NCBI GenBank assembly: GCA_977017645.1
Contig: OZ360250.1
Coordinates: 12,276,001 to 12,340,000, forward strand
Source of the DNA: Torpedo marmorata
Lineage: Eukaryota
Direction of reading: 5' to 3'
DNA: 64,000 bases
The position numbers were made by a program, and so were the translations under genes. Positions 1 through 12,407 of the stretch are shown piece by piece; the first letter of the stretch is position 1; every line of letters begins with the position of its first letter. The notes beneath the pieces are model-generated. The model saw nothing but the letters and a program-made list of their open reading frames with translations, made no database searches and had not been told where the DNA came from.

Positions 1-1
1 C

Positions 2-1198
2 GAGCCCCCTGACGCTCTATCCTGGGGATCATGCGCCAGCGCGCAGATCGACCGATTATACTCCCTCCATAATGACCTCTGCCACCCAGGAGTTACCAGG
101 CTGTTCCATTTCATTAAAGCACGGAACCTGCCTTTCTCCCTGGACGAGGTCAAGACCATGACCAGCAGCTGCCGAGTCTGTGCGGAATGCAAACCGCAGT
201 ACTACCGCCCCGACAGAGCACAGCTGGTCAAAGCCACCCGCCCGTTCGAACGTCTCAGTATAGACTTCAAGGGCCCCCTTCCATCCACGAACCGCAATGT
301 GTACTTTCTTAATATCATCGATGAGTACTCGCGGTTCCCCTTTGCCATCCCCTGCCCAGATACCTCGGCGGCGTCGGCTATCAAGGCTCTCCACCAGGTT
401 TTCTCCGTGTTCGGTTTCCCCAGCTACATCCACAGCGACCGGGGGTCCGCGTTCATGAGTGGTGAGCTGCGACAGCACTTGCAGACCCGAGGCATCGCTA
501 CCAGCAGGACCACGGGGTACAACCCACGGGGGAACGGACAGGTGGAGAGGAAGAACGCCACAGTATGGACAGCGACACTACTGGCCCTCAAAGCAAAAGG
601 GTGGCCAGTGGCTCGCTGGCAGGAGGTTCTCCAGGACGCCCTCCACTCTATACGATCCCTCTTATGTACCGCCACTAACACGACCCCTCACGAACGTATC
701 TTTTCCTTCCCCAGGAAATCGACCACTGGAACTACACTCCCTGCCTGGCTGACGTCCCCGGGGCCCGTGCTACTCCGCAAACATCTTCGGAGTAGCAAGT
801 ACGAGCCCTTAGTCGAGAGGGTGCAGCTGATCCACGCGAACCCACAATACGCGTTCGTTGTTCTCCCCGACGGGCGGGAGGACACGGTGTCAATACGGGA
901 CCTGGCGCCTGCAGGAGCGTCTGAAGAGGTCCCCGACAGCGGAAACACCGGGTCGCAGCTGCCCCCTCCGGACCATCAGCCTCCCAGCACGACGTTGTAT
1001 CCGTCACAGCTGGTCTGGCCACTAGCCAGGCAGGAGTTGAACCACCCTACTGTACCTACTCCCACTCCACAGCCACTACCACCTCCGCAGGTACCACAAT
1101 TTCCTACCCGTACTCTCATTCCACAACCATTACCATCACCGCTGACGCTACGCAGGTCACGACGGCACATCCGGCCGCCGGCGAAACTCGACCTGTAA
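2..1198 (+). mobile_element. Gypsy/Ty3 LTR retrotransposon pol 3' end (end of RNase H plus integrase)
   Basis: Frame open from base 2. PDALS(W) RNase H end, HHCC motif (LHNDLCH...CRVC) and DDE triad (SIDFKG, HSDRG, QVERKN). Integrase follows RNase H, the Gypsy order. Confidence 0.92.
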
Positions 1199-1281
1199 AC
1201 GAAGATAATTGTATATATTCTATGTATATGTGTTTTTTTCGCCCTACGGTATCCACTTCACCCCCCCGTCGGACTTGTTCT

Positions 1282-1544
1282 AAAAGAAGGGGTGAATGTG
1301 GTAAACCACTTTATATGTATTGTGGCCTGAGGCAGGTATGACCATGACCTGTCTGTCTGTCCCGGTGACCCCTCCCCTTTTACCTGGAATAAAGGCCTTG
1401 AGCCCGCAACTCCTCCCCCAGTTCCGGGACAATCCAGCAGGGATCATCAGGTCAAGTCATAGTCAGCCCTGGCTTGATTCTGCTAATAAAAGCCTGTTAA
1501 TTCCTGCACTTCTAGACTCGTGTTGGTTATTGACAGGTACGTCA
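1282..1544 (+). mobile_element. Polypurine tract and 3' LTR of the Gypsy element
   Basis: AAAAGAAGGGGTGAA, then TG at 1297 and ...GTCA at 1544. Internal AATAAA motifs. CR1 sequence starts immediately after. Confidence 0.75.
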
Positions 1545-1840
1545 GGTCCACAGTGTCAGATTAAGAGTGAAGCCATTGAGGAGTGAGGTGAAGAGAAATC
1601 ACATCACACAGAGAGTTGTGAATTTGTGGAACTCCCTCCCATAGAAAGTTGTTGAGGCCAGTTCATTAGATAGATTTGAAAAGGAGTTGGATGTGGCCCT
1701 TATGGCTAAAGGGATCAAGAGGTGTGGAGAGAAAGCAGCAATAGAGAACTGAAATCGCATGATCAGCCATGATCACATCGAATGGTGATGCAGGCATGAA
1801 GGGCTGATTGGGCTTCTCCTGCACGTACTTTCTATGTATG
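1545..1840 (+). mobile_element. CR1 LINE 3' end
   Basis: ACACAGAGAGTTGTGAATTTGTGGAACTC and GATCAGCCATGATC...GAAGGGCTGA motifs shared with other CR1 ends in the window. Confidence 0.75.
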
Positions 1841-1918
1841 TATCTCTGAAAATACCACTATATATGCAGTGCAGAAACCTCATTCCACACTTCACCCACA
1901 CCTTATGGATACAAGGAA

Positions 1919-4250
1919 ATGTCGATGGACCCTGATGGACTGCTGATTATCGCTGGCGACTTCAACCAGGCGAACCTCACGACAGGGCTACCAAAATTCC
2001 ATCAGTATGTGGACTTTGCTACGAGAGGGGCGAACGCGTTGGATCTTGTGTTCACGAACATTTCCATGCGCGTATCGGGCGGAGCCCCGCCCCCACCTCG
2101 GATACTCAGACCATATCTCAGTAATGCTAACCCCAGCATACAGACCGCTCGCCAGACGCTCCAGACCAGTTCGGAAGCAGGTTAAAACCTGGCCAGCAGG
2201 TGCCATCCATGCACTTCAGGACTGCTTTGAGCGTACTGATTGGCACATGTTCAGGGAAGCAGCAACCGATGGCGACTGCATCAATCTGGAGGAGTATATG
2301 GCATCGGTGACTAGCTACATTAGTAAGTGTACTGACGAAGTCACTGTGCCCAAGACCATCATTACTCGCTCTAATCAGAAGCCATGGATGACTGCGGAGG
2401 TGCGTGTGCTGCTGAGGAGCCGAAACTCTGCCTTCAGTGCGGGCGACAAGGTAACCCTAGCTATCGCAAGAGCCAAGCTGTCTAAGGCCATCAGGGAGGC
2501 AAAGCGTGCACAAGCCCAGCGAATTCAGAGTCACTTTCAGGACAGCAAGGACACGCGACGCATGTGAAAGGGCATTTAAGATATCACTAACCACAAGGCT
2601 ACACCATCTGACTGTGCTGGTGATGCCTCCCTCCCAGATGCACTGAACAACTTCTATGCGCGTTTTGAGGCAAAAAATGATGTAGTGGCAAAGAAGACAA
2701 CCCCTCCTCCAAATGATCAGGTGCTGTGTTTCACAGTGGCTGACGTGAGGAGAGTGTTAAGCAAGGTTAACCCACAGAAAGCTGCTGGTCCAGATAACAT
2801 TCCCGGCAGAGTGCTCAGGGGATGTGCGGCCCAGCTGGCTGATGTTCTCACCGACATCTTTAACATCTCCCTGACCAGTGCCGTGGTTCCAACGTGCTTT
2901 AAAGCCGCTACCATCATCCCCGTGCCGAAGAAGTCGACGGTGTCCTGCCTCAATGACTACCGCCCTGTCGCACTCACATCTACCGTCATGAAGTGCTTCG
3001 AGAGGCTCGTCATGAGGCACATCAAGCTTCTGCTGCCCCCTCACTGGACCCCCTGCAGTTCGCATATAGATCAAACCGCTCTACGGATGATGCCATCATT
3101 ACCACCCTCCATCTAGGCCTCACCCAACCTGGAAAATAAGGACGCGTATGCTCGAATGCTGTTTATTGACTTCAGCTCGGCATTCAACACGATCATACCT
3201 CAGTACCTGATAGGGAAGTTGAGGGGGCTGGGCCTAAACTACACCCTCTGTAATTGTATCCTAGACTTCCTGACGGGAAGACCTCAGGCAGTCCGGATTG
3301 GAAACAGCACTTCTAAGGTCATTACATTGAGCACGGGGGCTCCCCAGGGCTGTGTGCTTAGTCCATTGCTGTTCACCCTGCTGACTCATGACTGTGCAGC
3401 AAAACACAGCTCGAATCACATCATAAAGTTCGCTGATGATACAACCGTGGTGGACCTTATCAGTAAGAACGATGAGTCAGCATACAGAGATGAGGTGAAG
3501 TCGCTAATGGAATGGTGCGGAAACAACAACCTGCAGCTGAACGTAAACAAAACAAAAGAGTTGGTTGTCGACTTCAGAAGGGCCCGGGGGGATCATTCTC
3601 CTTTGACCATGGATGGCTCTACCGTTGAGGTCGTAAAGAGTACCAAGTTTCTTGGAGTGCACTTGGTGGAGAGTCTCAGCTGGTCTCTAAACACCAATTC
3701 CATAGTCAAGGAAGCCCAGCAGCGTCTTTACTTCCTGCAAAGACTGAGGAAAGTTCATCTCCCATCCCCTATCCTTACTACATTCTACAGGGGATGTATT
3801 GAGAGTATTCTGAGCAATTGCATCACCGCTTGGTTTGGTAACTGTACCACCTCGGACCGAAAGACCCTGCAGAGGATAGTGAGGGCAGCGGAGAAAATTA
3901 TTGGAGTCTCTCTCCCCACCATGACAGACATCTACAACACACAATACATGAGGAAGGCTAAAAACATTGTGAAGGACTTCTCACACCCCTTTGGTAAACT
4001 GTTTTCCCCTTTGCCACCTGGAAGGAGGTACCGAAGCACTCGGGCTCGCATGTCCAGACTGTGCAACAGTTTTTTCCCCCAAGCCATCAGGCTCCTCAAT
4101 TCCTAGATATATATGTGTATTAGCATGTTATAGTTTTTCTATTGTATTATGATATTTATGTACATCTGCCCATGGTCCTGGAGAAACACTATCTCGTCTT
4201 ACTGTGTATATGGTAATGAACGACAAATAAAGGTGACTTGACTTGACTTG
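1919..4250 (+). mobile_element. Rex1/Babar-clade LINE, 5'-truncated and disrupted (end of APE endonuclease plus RT)
   Basis: [54 protein letters not shown] and KFADDT spread over frameshifted ORFs. AATAAA and (GACTT)n tail. Confidence 0.88.
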
Positions 4251-4457
4251 CTGTATCATTTATCATTTAACCCAATCTGGGTAAGACAAGGGTGTACCTA
4301 ATGCTGATGCCATGTACCAAAGAATGTTTCTGTTTCCCAGTGCCTAAATTCCTCACAAGGGTGAGCAAAGCCAAAAAGTAAGATTGTTGTGGATAAAATG
4401 CCGAAAAAATGTTCACAGACAAATGGTAAATCATTTTCAGAAGGCATTGAAGATAGC

Positions 4458-5329
4458 CAATAAAACCCCTGGTATCCGGCACCTATGGGGATTGGTAGAT
4501 GCCGGATAAGTGTATTTTCCGGTTGCTTGAGACTTTCAAGATTCAAGATTCAATTTATTGTCATAGTAATAAGAAAGTGTCATATTCCATGAAATTTCTT
4601 TTTGCCTGCTGCAAGGCAGACAGATTCGCCACTGGCAGAAATTGCCTAAGCGCCTCTCACATTCCTTACAGTCAGAGAAAGAGAAGCAAAAGAAAGTCCC
4701 CCCAGAGTCACCAAGTTGCTCTTACAATGACTAATACACCTGCATTAAGTATTAACGGTTTAAAAGACAAAAATACTATACTGTATTTACACTGAACAAA
4801 CTTCACTTGCATGAAGATAAAACCTTAAAGCATTTTACTTTATTTTCAGTCACATTCTTTGAAAACATTTAACCGTCGCTGCATCTGCAGGTTCCTCCCC
4901 CTCCACGGAGCCGCCCGAAAGACGAACAGTAACATTATAGATAATTAAACCCCCCCCCACTCCCCCAAGTTTACAGATAAAGGCTCTGACCAGGGTGACT
5001 CTTACTAAGCAGGAATAAGGAGATACTTTAAGAGAGTCACCCCAACAGCGAGCGGCATCAACCAGCTCTTCATCCTGCTGTTTCACAAACTTTATTCAAA
5101 CATCTGCTACGACCAAGGCACTCTGCTGGCCGAATATTTGCTCCCATCTTCAACTAAGGTTTATGTGCTACTACAGAGAACATTTACTTTTACAATTTTA
5201 AACTTGTGTATTTTTTACCTATTATTTAATTCTTATTTATTTTTATTTTTTTAATTTATTTTCCTCGATTTTTTTGCCGGTTGCTTGGGGCTGCTGGTTG
5301 CTTGAATTCCAGATACCAGGGGTTTACTG
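4458..5329. mobile_element. Tc1/mariner-type (Tigger/pogo-like) non-autonomous DNA transposon with a nested insertion
   Basis: TIRs CAATAAAACCCCTGGTATCCGG and CCAGATACCAGGGGTTTACTG, followed by TA at the right end. Confidence 0.65.
4536..4710 (-). mobile_element. 3' fragment of the same non-autonomous retroelement as 15200-16074
   Basis: Near-identical reverse complement of about 15900-16074, including the (GAATCTT)n tail. Confidence 0.85.
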
Positions 5330-7255
5330 TACAAAGGTACTTTGTTCGTGTGAGGCAAGTGAGGTTTTAATTTGACAAGAGAACCCACTTGGAACATACT
5401 GTGGACTGAGTAGGGACACATCGTCCACAGTCCTGGTTAGTCCACAGAGATCATTGGCTGGGGAGAGGAGATGAAGACAAAATCAAACTCAAGTGCTCCC
5501 CTTCCATGGCTACCTCGCAGACCAGAGCCTGGACTCACAGTTTGAGCTGACGGTTACATGGCTGTGAGGTTCTGAAACTATTCTACCTGCATTGACTTGA
5601 ACACAAGCATTCAGAAGGGAGGAGGGGTTAGAAAGATAGACAAACAAACTTGATTTCCTTTCTCTTATTGAAAAACATTATTCATAATCATTACCGCTCC
5701 TCATGTTCCCACCACCAACCTTCATACAGAAATATTTTCAAGTATATATGTGCAAACAACAGCATCTAACTTGTGGTAATTACAGCTCGGTCTGGAAAAG
5801 GTACAGGGAACCAAGATGAAGGATTAGTTTTGTAGCAATCAGATAGGCTCGACACACCATTCAATGCAAGAATTCAATTCTGTTTCTGCTGCCTCATGGA
5901 AAACAGAAGAGGTTTCTTCTTCTGAGAAAGAGAATAGGTCTTTTCCTTTAGACTATTTCCCTTTATTTTTGTCTTTTCAATTGGTTCTCCATCAGAAAGG
6001 GAAAAGAAATCTTAATTTGTGAATTAATAGGTTTTCTCAGTGGAATTGCAAATTTTGTTTCAAATGTCACACTTCACACACAGTGGAGTAACTCTCTGCT
6101 ATGGGAACAATCACAGAGCTCCTTTCCAATAGCTACTGAGTGTAACATGCTACTTTTAATTTACAATAACACATGACAAAGGCAGAAATAATGGGCCTTA
6201 TGACACCTCTGTCCCCGAAGCTTTCTCCAAAGACACCGTGTACATAATAGACGTCACACTACATTATCTCATTGTCCTTTCCTGGACCTTTTGCAGAGGC
6301 CCCTCATATCCTCCGAAATTGGTAGGCGATGATTCCCACATTATCCCAGAATTAATGACTGCAATTTGGTCACCAACTCAAGTTATCAGGTCTTTGCGCG
6401 GCGCACTATATAATGTCAAAAAAAAAAGAGCTTTTGTTTTTTTGAGTTGGTGTGTGGCAGGAGTTATATTAACCCAAAGTGATTGAATATGCAATTTACT
6501 TTCACCTTCCTGTCAGGAGCTTGGGAGCAGGCGGGACTGAGCTTGCCTCTGCTGTGGCTGTCAGTGTTCGAGCCAGCTGCCACACTCCCACCTCCCTCCA
6601 TTCTTCTTGCAAATTACATTTTCAAATTGGTTTCTGTTTTACAAACAAAGGTAATAGGAACAAATAAAACATTCCAATATATACTGGGGGGTTGTCAGTC
6701 TCCACTGTGTCAATTACTGATGCTCAGTCTTTTTCCCCTGTCGTGACGCCTTATCTTTGAAATTTTAACACCGCTTTGCTTAGTTTGAAAGTCCCCTCCC
6801 AAAATAAGTGAGGCAAATGGTTCCACCTGAAAAATGTTCTGAAAAACTATAAATCATGCTTCGCTGTTATAATAGAGGAACCTCAGTGTAATTGCGATAT
6901 ATTGATCTTGAGGATGCTCAAATCCCTCCATGGTTTCGGCTCTCCCTATCTCCGTGACGTCTTCCAGGCCCACGACCCTCTGAATTGTAGGTCCCGGCCC
7001 ATTCTGATCTCTTGCACTTCTCTCGTTTCCGTCGGACTGCCGCTGGCTACGGCAGACTGAGCCCAAAGCCCTGGTGTTCGTTGTCAAAACCCCTTCTTTA
7101 GTCCCTCCTCAAAACCCATCTTTATGTCATTCACCCCAATGTGAGTGATCATACCAACTCTTAAGTAAAGAAAAATCTGGGAAATTCCACAGAGAAAATA
7201 ATATCCAACAAAGCAAAATGCTTTTGATGAATGTGTTAATAACCACACCCAGAAA

Positions 7256-7410
7256 GCAAGAAAATCTACAGATGCAGTTCATAAAGTTGCTGGAGAAACT
7301 CAACAGGTCACGAAGAATCCAGAAGTAAAAGGCAGTCAACATCCCGGGCCTGAGTCCTGTGTCAAGAATGCTGCATGACCTGCTGAGTTTCTCCTGCACT
7401 TTAGTGCACT
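7256..7410. mobile_element. Short palindromic Penelope-derived element with 11-bp flanking direct repeat
   Basis: Inverted arms GCTGGAGAAACTCAACAGGTCA and TGACCTGCTGAGTTTCTCCTGC. ACACCCAGAAA at 7245-7255 and 7411-7421. Confidence 0.7.
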
Positions 7411-8255
7411 ACACCCAGAAAACCATAGCCATAATGACACTGAAGGTGGTATTGACATTTTTGCAGAAGGCACCTTGAATTTGGAATCAAGGTTTCATAG
7501 ATTGGTGCTCATTCTTCAAAATCCGAATGTACAAACAACTTTAGTGAGAGCTGGGTGCACCCAGCAACCAGAAGGAATTGAGTTGGGTATGGTTTCTCCA
7601 TGGAAAATTCTCAATTCATAATGATTTTTCAATCATGCTTCAGTTGCTTTGCTTCTGATGAAATACAGCTCGGACATGACCCTTTTATATATATAATCTA
7701 TAGATAGGACCAATCTTATCTTTATTCCAGTGGATTTGGGAGGGTCTCAATTCTGCAACTTTATAGGAAGAGGAGCTATGATTAGCTACCGACATTTAAC
7801 CTCTCATCTTTCTTGAAGCTCAAGATGTACAAAATGTAGGGTCACAGTGGCCTATTAGCTGCGGCTTTCACAACACCAAGAACCTAGGTTTGACCCTGAC
7901 CTCAATAGCCGACTGTGTGAAATTTACACACTCTCTTGGAGTTTCACATTTTTTTCTCCATCGCAAAGATGGGTAGGCAAGTTAATTAGCTGCTGACCCC
8001 TCAGTTTAGGTACATGGCAATAAGAATCAGAGTTGACAAGGATGTGGGAGAGAGGATATTTAAAAGGCTACAGGAAATAAGAATGATACTGATGAGTTTT
8101 CTCTGCTGGGAGTTAGCATTGTCTTGATGGGCCCTTTAGTGTCATAGTAACTGAGTAACGCGCTCTAGAGCAAAGATCAACAAAGAGATCCATCAGTGTC
8201 CCAGAGATATCTTTGGGAAGAAGATGATTTGGACAAGGGTAGTCTTCCAAAGAAT

Positions 8256-8500
8256 ACACGGTTAGTGTGGTGGTTAGCACAACACGATTACAGCGCCAGC
8301 GACCCGGGTTCGAATCCGCCGCTGTCTGTAAGGGGTTTGTACGTTCTCCCCATGACCTGCGTGGGTTTCCTCTGTGTGCTCCAGTTTCCTCCCATGTTCC
8401 AAAGGTGTACAGGGTTAGTAGGTTAATTGGCCACATGGGTGTAATTGGGTGGTGCGGGCTGGAATGTCCTGTTACTGTGCTGTATCTCAATATTAAATTA
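8256..8500 (+). mobile_element. tRNA-derived V-SINE (HE1-like)
   Basis: A/B-box-like head (GGTTCGAATCC), V-domain GTTCTCCCC...GTGGGTTTCC...TTTCCTCCCA and CR1-like tail. Confidence 0.8.
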
Positions 8501-8504
8501 AAAT

Positions 8505-8715
8505 ATCAAGAGCAAAAAGCAGCAGATTCTGAAAACCTGAAATAAAAATAGAAAATGCGAGAGATGCTCAGCAGATCAAGCAGCTTCTGGGGATAGGGAA
8601 GCATAATAATATTTCAGGTCAATGACCTTTCATCAGAACCAGGATGCCGAATGATCTTCAAAATAAAATATTAACTCTGCTGAATACTTTGAATATTTTC
8701 TGCTTTTATTGCATC
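8505..8715 (-). mobile_element. Penelope-derived terminal repeat fragment with hammerhead core
   Basis: Minus strand CTGATGA-A-AGGTC-ATT-GACCT-GAAA at about 8609-8636. Confidence 0.6.
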
Positions 8716-9117
8716 TGAGCACTTTCCAAAATTCCTTTCTTTTTATTTTCCCTCGTTCACACAGTTGTTTGCATAACAGGATGTTTTTCAGAAGCTGGGA
8801 GCGTGAACAATTCACCACAGTGGTCTTTCTGCGAGATATTAAACTGAAAGGATATCATGGTTGAATTCCATTTTCAAAGTAAACAATCAACTTATCTTAT
8901 TTTACACTATCGTGAAAAAAGAATAAGAACAAAATATTCCATCACAAATATTCTCATTTTCATGTTGCAATTCTTTGCCCTTAGAGTGGTTCAGCAGTCA
9001 CTCTCTTGAGCTCTGGGTCAGGCTATTGTTGGTTCAAGACCCAGTCAACCAAAATGAATGCCAAATATTTCTGCTCTCTTTCAGTAAAGGTCTTAAACCT
9101 ACTCTGTACTGCTTCAG

Positions 9118-9570
9118 AAAGAATCAGAATCAGAATTTATAGTCATGAACAAGTCACAAAATTCGGTGTTCTGCGGCAGCATCACAGTGCATACATTCAT
9201 ATAAACCGCTTTACAACAATAAATTTAAAAAATAGTGCACAAAAAGTAAGGCAGTGTCTTTGGTTCATTGATTATTCAGGAATCTGATGGCAGCGGGGAA
9301 GAAGCTGTCCTTGTGCCGTTGAGTGCTCGTCTTTAGGCTCCTGTACCTTTTTCCCGATGGAAGCAGAGTGAAGAGGGCATGGCCTGGGTGGTGGGGGTCT
9401 TTGAGGATAGAGGCTGCTTTTTTAAGACACCGCCTCATGTAGATGTCCTCGATGGAGTGAAGTCTGGTGCCTGTGATGTCACAGGCCGAGTTAACATCCC
9501 TCTGGAGTTTATTCTTGTCCTGAGAGTTGGCGCCTCCATACCAGGCAGTGATGCAACCAGCCAGAATGCA
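9118..9570 (-). mobile_element. Rex1-type LINE 3' fragment
   Basis: ILAGCITAWYG...LPSGKRYRSLK...SFFPAAIRFLN and (ATTCTG)n tail. Near-identical to the copy at 14300-15010. Confidence 0.85.
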
Positions 9571-9894
9571 AGGAAAGAGAATTTCTTCCTTGTGTCCATT
9601 AACCAAAATCACCTAAACAGTCTATCTGGCCATTTATCTCACTGTTGTTTGGATTATCTTGGTGCACACTAATTGGGTGCTATATTTTCTATGGTGAATA
9701 CATTTCATCTGCTATACTTAATGATACCTTGAAGACAAGCAAACTTTCATATGACCAGTTATTTTCCTCTGTCAAAATATAGCACAGTTCATCGTCCACC
9801 TCTTATTCTTTCATTGTCTCCCTCACGAATTGTTGGGTCTCAACAGTGCTCTCCACAGACACCTGAATGTCCTGACTTGAAATGTGAAACTTTA

Positions 9895-10090
9895 ATTTTA
9901 ATTTGATTTAGAGATGCAGCATGGTAACAGGCCCTTCCGGCCCACGAGCCCGTGCCGCCCAATTACATGTGATCAATTAACCCACTAACCTGTATGTCGT
10001 TGGAGGGAGGGAGGAAAACGGAGCACCCAGAGGAAACCCGCGCGGTCATGGGGAGAATATACTAACTGTTGTGCTAACCGTGTTGCCCTA
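9895..10090 (-). mobile_element. V-SINE (HE1-like)
   Basis: Reverse complement of the family seen at 12408 and 18517. Confidence 0.75.
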
Positions 10091-10339
10091 GGTATATTCA
10101 TCAGCTTATTTCCAAATCATTGAGAGAAAAACACTCACAACACAATTGCATCTTTCCTCTTGAAATGAGCACATTCTACTCCCTCCTGGTCAGAAATTCT
10201 GTCTGCTCCCCTTACTCACTTTGGAGTCTTTTTTCAGTTAACGAATTACACACAAATCTCAGGACGACTAATTAGTAGGTACTCAAAGACACACTGGACA
10301 ATTCAATTTACATATAGACATGTCAATATGAGATCTGTA

Positions 10340-11770
10340 GTTTTAACTGGGGTCATATTCTGGTTGGGAGCCAGTTGTTAGTGGTGTTCCACAGGGGTCG
10401 ATGTTTAGGGCCGCTTCTTTTTATGTTGTATATCAATGATTTCGATCAGGGGTGGGCAACCTTTTTTTTAAAACTCACATTCCACCTTCAGTAATCCCTA
10501 TGCCATAGGTGCTCTGTGATTGGTAAGGGATTACTTAAGGTGGTATGTGAGTGGGAAGGGAAGGTTGAGAACCACTGCTCTAGACCCAATTGTTACTGAA
10601 ATATTTTGCTTGAGAAAAATTGTCATTGGCCCATTTCCTTTGGAGTTATGAAACCGTGCACATAACGAGTCAATTAGGTACGATTGAAACAGTGGTTTTC
10701 AAACATTTTCTTTCCACTCACATACCACCTTAAGTAATCCCTTACTAATGACAGAGCACCTATGGCATAGGGATTGCTTAAGGTGGAATGTGAGTGGAAA
10801 GAAAAAGGGTTGCCCACCCCTGATTTAGATGATGGAATGAATGGCTTTGTGGCCAAGTTTGCAGATAATGCAAAGGTAGGTGGAGGAGCAGGTAGTGTTG
10901 AGGAAACAGGGAGGCTGCAGAAGGACTTGAACAGATTAGGAGAATGGGCAGAGAAGTGGCAAATGAAATACAATGTCAGAAACTGTACGGTCATGCACCT
11001 TGGTAGAAAAAAATGAATGGGCAGACTATTTCCTAAATGAGAAAATTGAAAATACCCAGATGCAAAGGGAGCTGGGCGTCCACGTGCAGGAGAGCCTGAA
11101 GGTAAACTTGCAAGTTGAGTCGGTGGTGAAGAAGGCAAATGCAACGTTTGCATTCATTTCAAGTGCAATAGAATATAAGAGCAAGGATGTGATGCTGAGG
11201 CAATAGAAGGCTCTGGTGAGACCTCACTTGGAGTATTGTGAGCAGTTTTGGGCTCCTCATTTGGGAAAGGATGTGCTGACGTTGCAGAGGGTTCAGAGGA
11301 GGTTCACAAGGATGATTCCAGGAATGAAAGGGTTATCATATGAGGAGTGTTTGACAGCTCTTGGCCTGTACTCATTGGAATTTAGGAGACTGAGGGAGGA
11401 TCTCATTGGAACATTTTGAATGTTGAAAGGCATGGACAAACTAGATGTAGAAAGGCTGTTTCCCTTTGTGGGAGAGTCTAAGACAAGAGGGCACAACTTC
11501 AGGATTGAAGGGCATCCGCTTAGATGCGGAGAAATGTCTTTAGCCAGAAGGTGGTAAATCTGTGGAATTTGTTGCCACAGGCCATTGTGGAGGCCAGGTC
11601 TTTGGGTGTATTTAAGGCATTGATAGGTTCTTAATTAGCCAGGGCATCAAAGGTTATGGGGAGAAGGTCGGGCAGTGGGGCTGAGTGGGAAAATGGATCA
11701 GCTCATGATTGAATGGCGGGACAGACTCGATGGGCTGAATGGCCTTTTTCTGTTCTTATGTTTTGTGGTC
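10340..11770 (+). mobile_element. CR1 LINE 3' part (RT), interrupted by a MITE
   Basis: SGVPQGS-like sequence, KFADNAK, RPHLEYCEQFWAP and LGLYSLEFRRLR, followed by a CR1 3' UTR. Confidence 0.88.
10447..10822. mobile_element. hAT (Charlie-like) MITE
   Basis: Perfect TIRs CAGGGGTGGGCAAC and GTTGCCCACCCCTG. 8-bp TSD ATTTCGAT / ATTTAGAT with one mismatch. Confidence 0.85.
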
Positions 11771-12154
11771 TTAACCATTTATTATATTGAACATTCGAAC
11801 TTCCAGCAGCTGAATAATATGGCATGCTGAAGCACCTCAATTTTTCAGTAAATATGATTGGTTTATAGATTTTGTTTACCTTTTGTAGCTATTGATTTGA
11901 GATTTGTTCAGTATTAAATTTGACTGAAGCAAAAATTCAGTACAAGAAACTGTAAGTAAAACCTTTGGACATGAATCAGGCAGTATGCTTCTGATGTCTG
12001 AGTGAGCCAGAAAAATTGAAAGCCAAAATTATGATATTTCTGTAGTTAGTCAGTTTTTAATAATGTTATCGATAAATTGCTTGTGTTGGCCACAGTCGGT
12101 TAATGAATGTAAACCTTTCTTACACACTGACAGAGACAATTGGAACTCCCTCTA

Positions 12155-12173
12155 AAGCGCCACCTACTGGCTA
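12155..12173 (-). promoter_or_regulatory. Candidate CTCF binding site
   Basis: Minus strand GCCAGTAGGTGGCGCT matches the CTCF core consensus, in non-repeat sequence. Confidence 0.6.
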
Positions 12174-12407
12174 AAGCCGACAACTATAATATTCCAAGCA
12201 AGTGTTCCTGACAATATTTCCACTCTCGACCTTTGGACAGGCAGCTCAAATGTTAAATTATAACGTGTCCGAAAATTAGGCTCTCTTTTTCTCTGTTAAG
12301 TTTGGTTAAATTGTATTAAAATTTTTACTTTTATTTTCTTTGCTTTGTAACTGAGGTTAGTGTCTGAGACTCTTAACTCAAACTTTTTACCATTCAATCA
12401 TTAAAAG

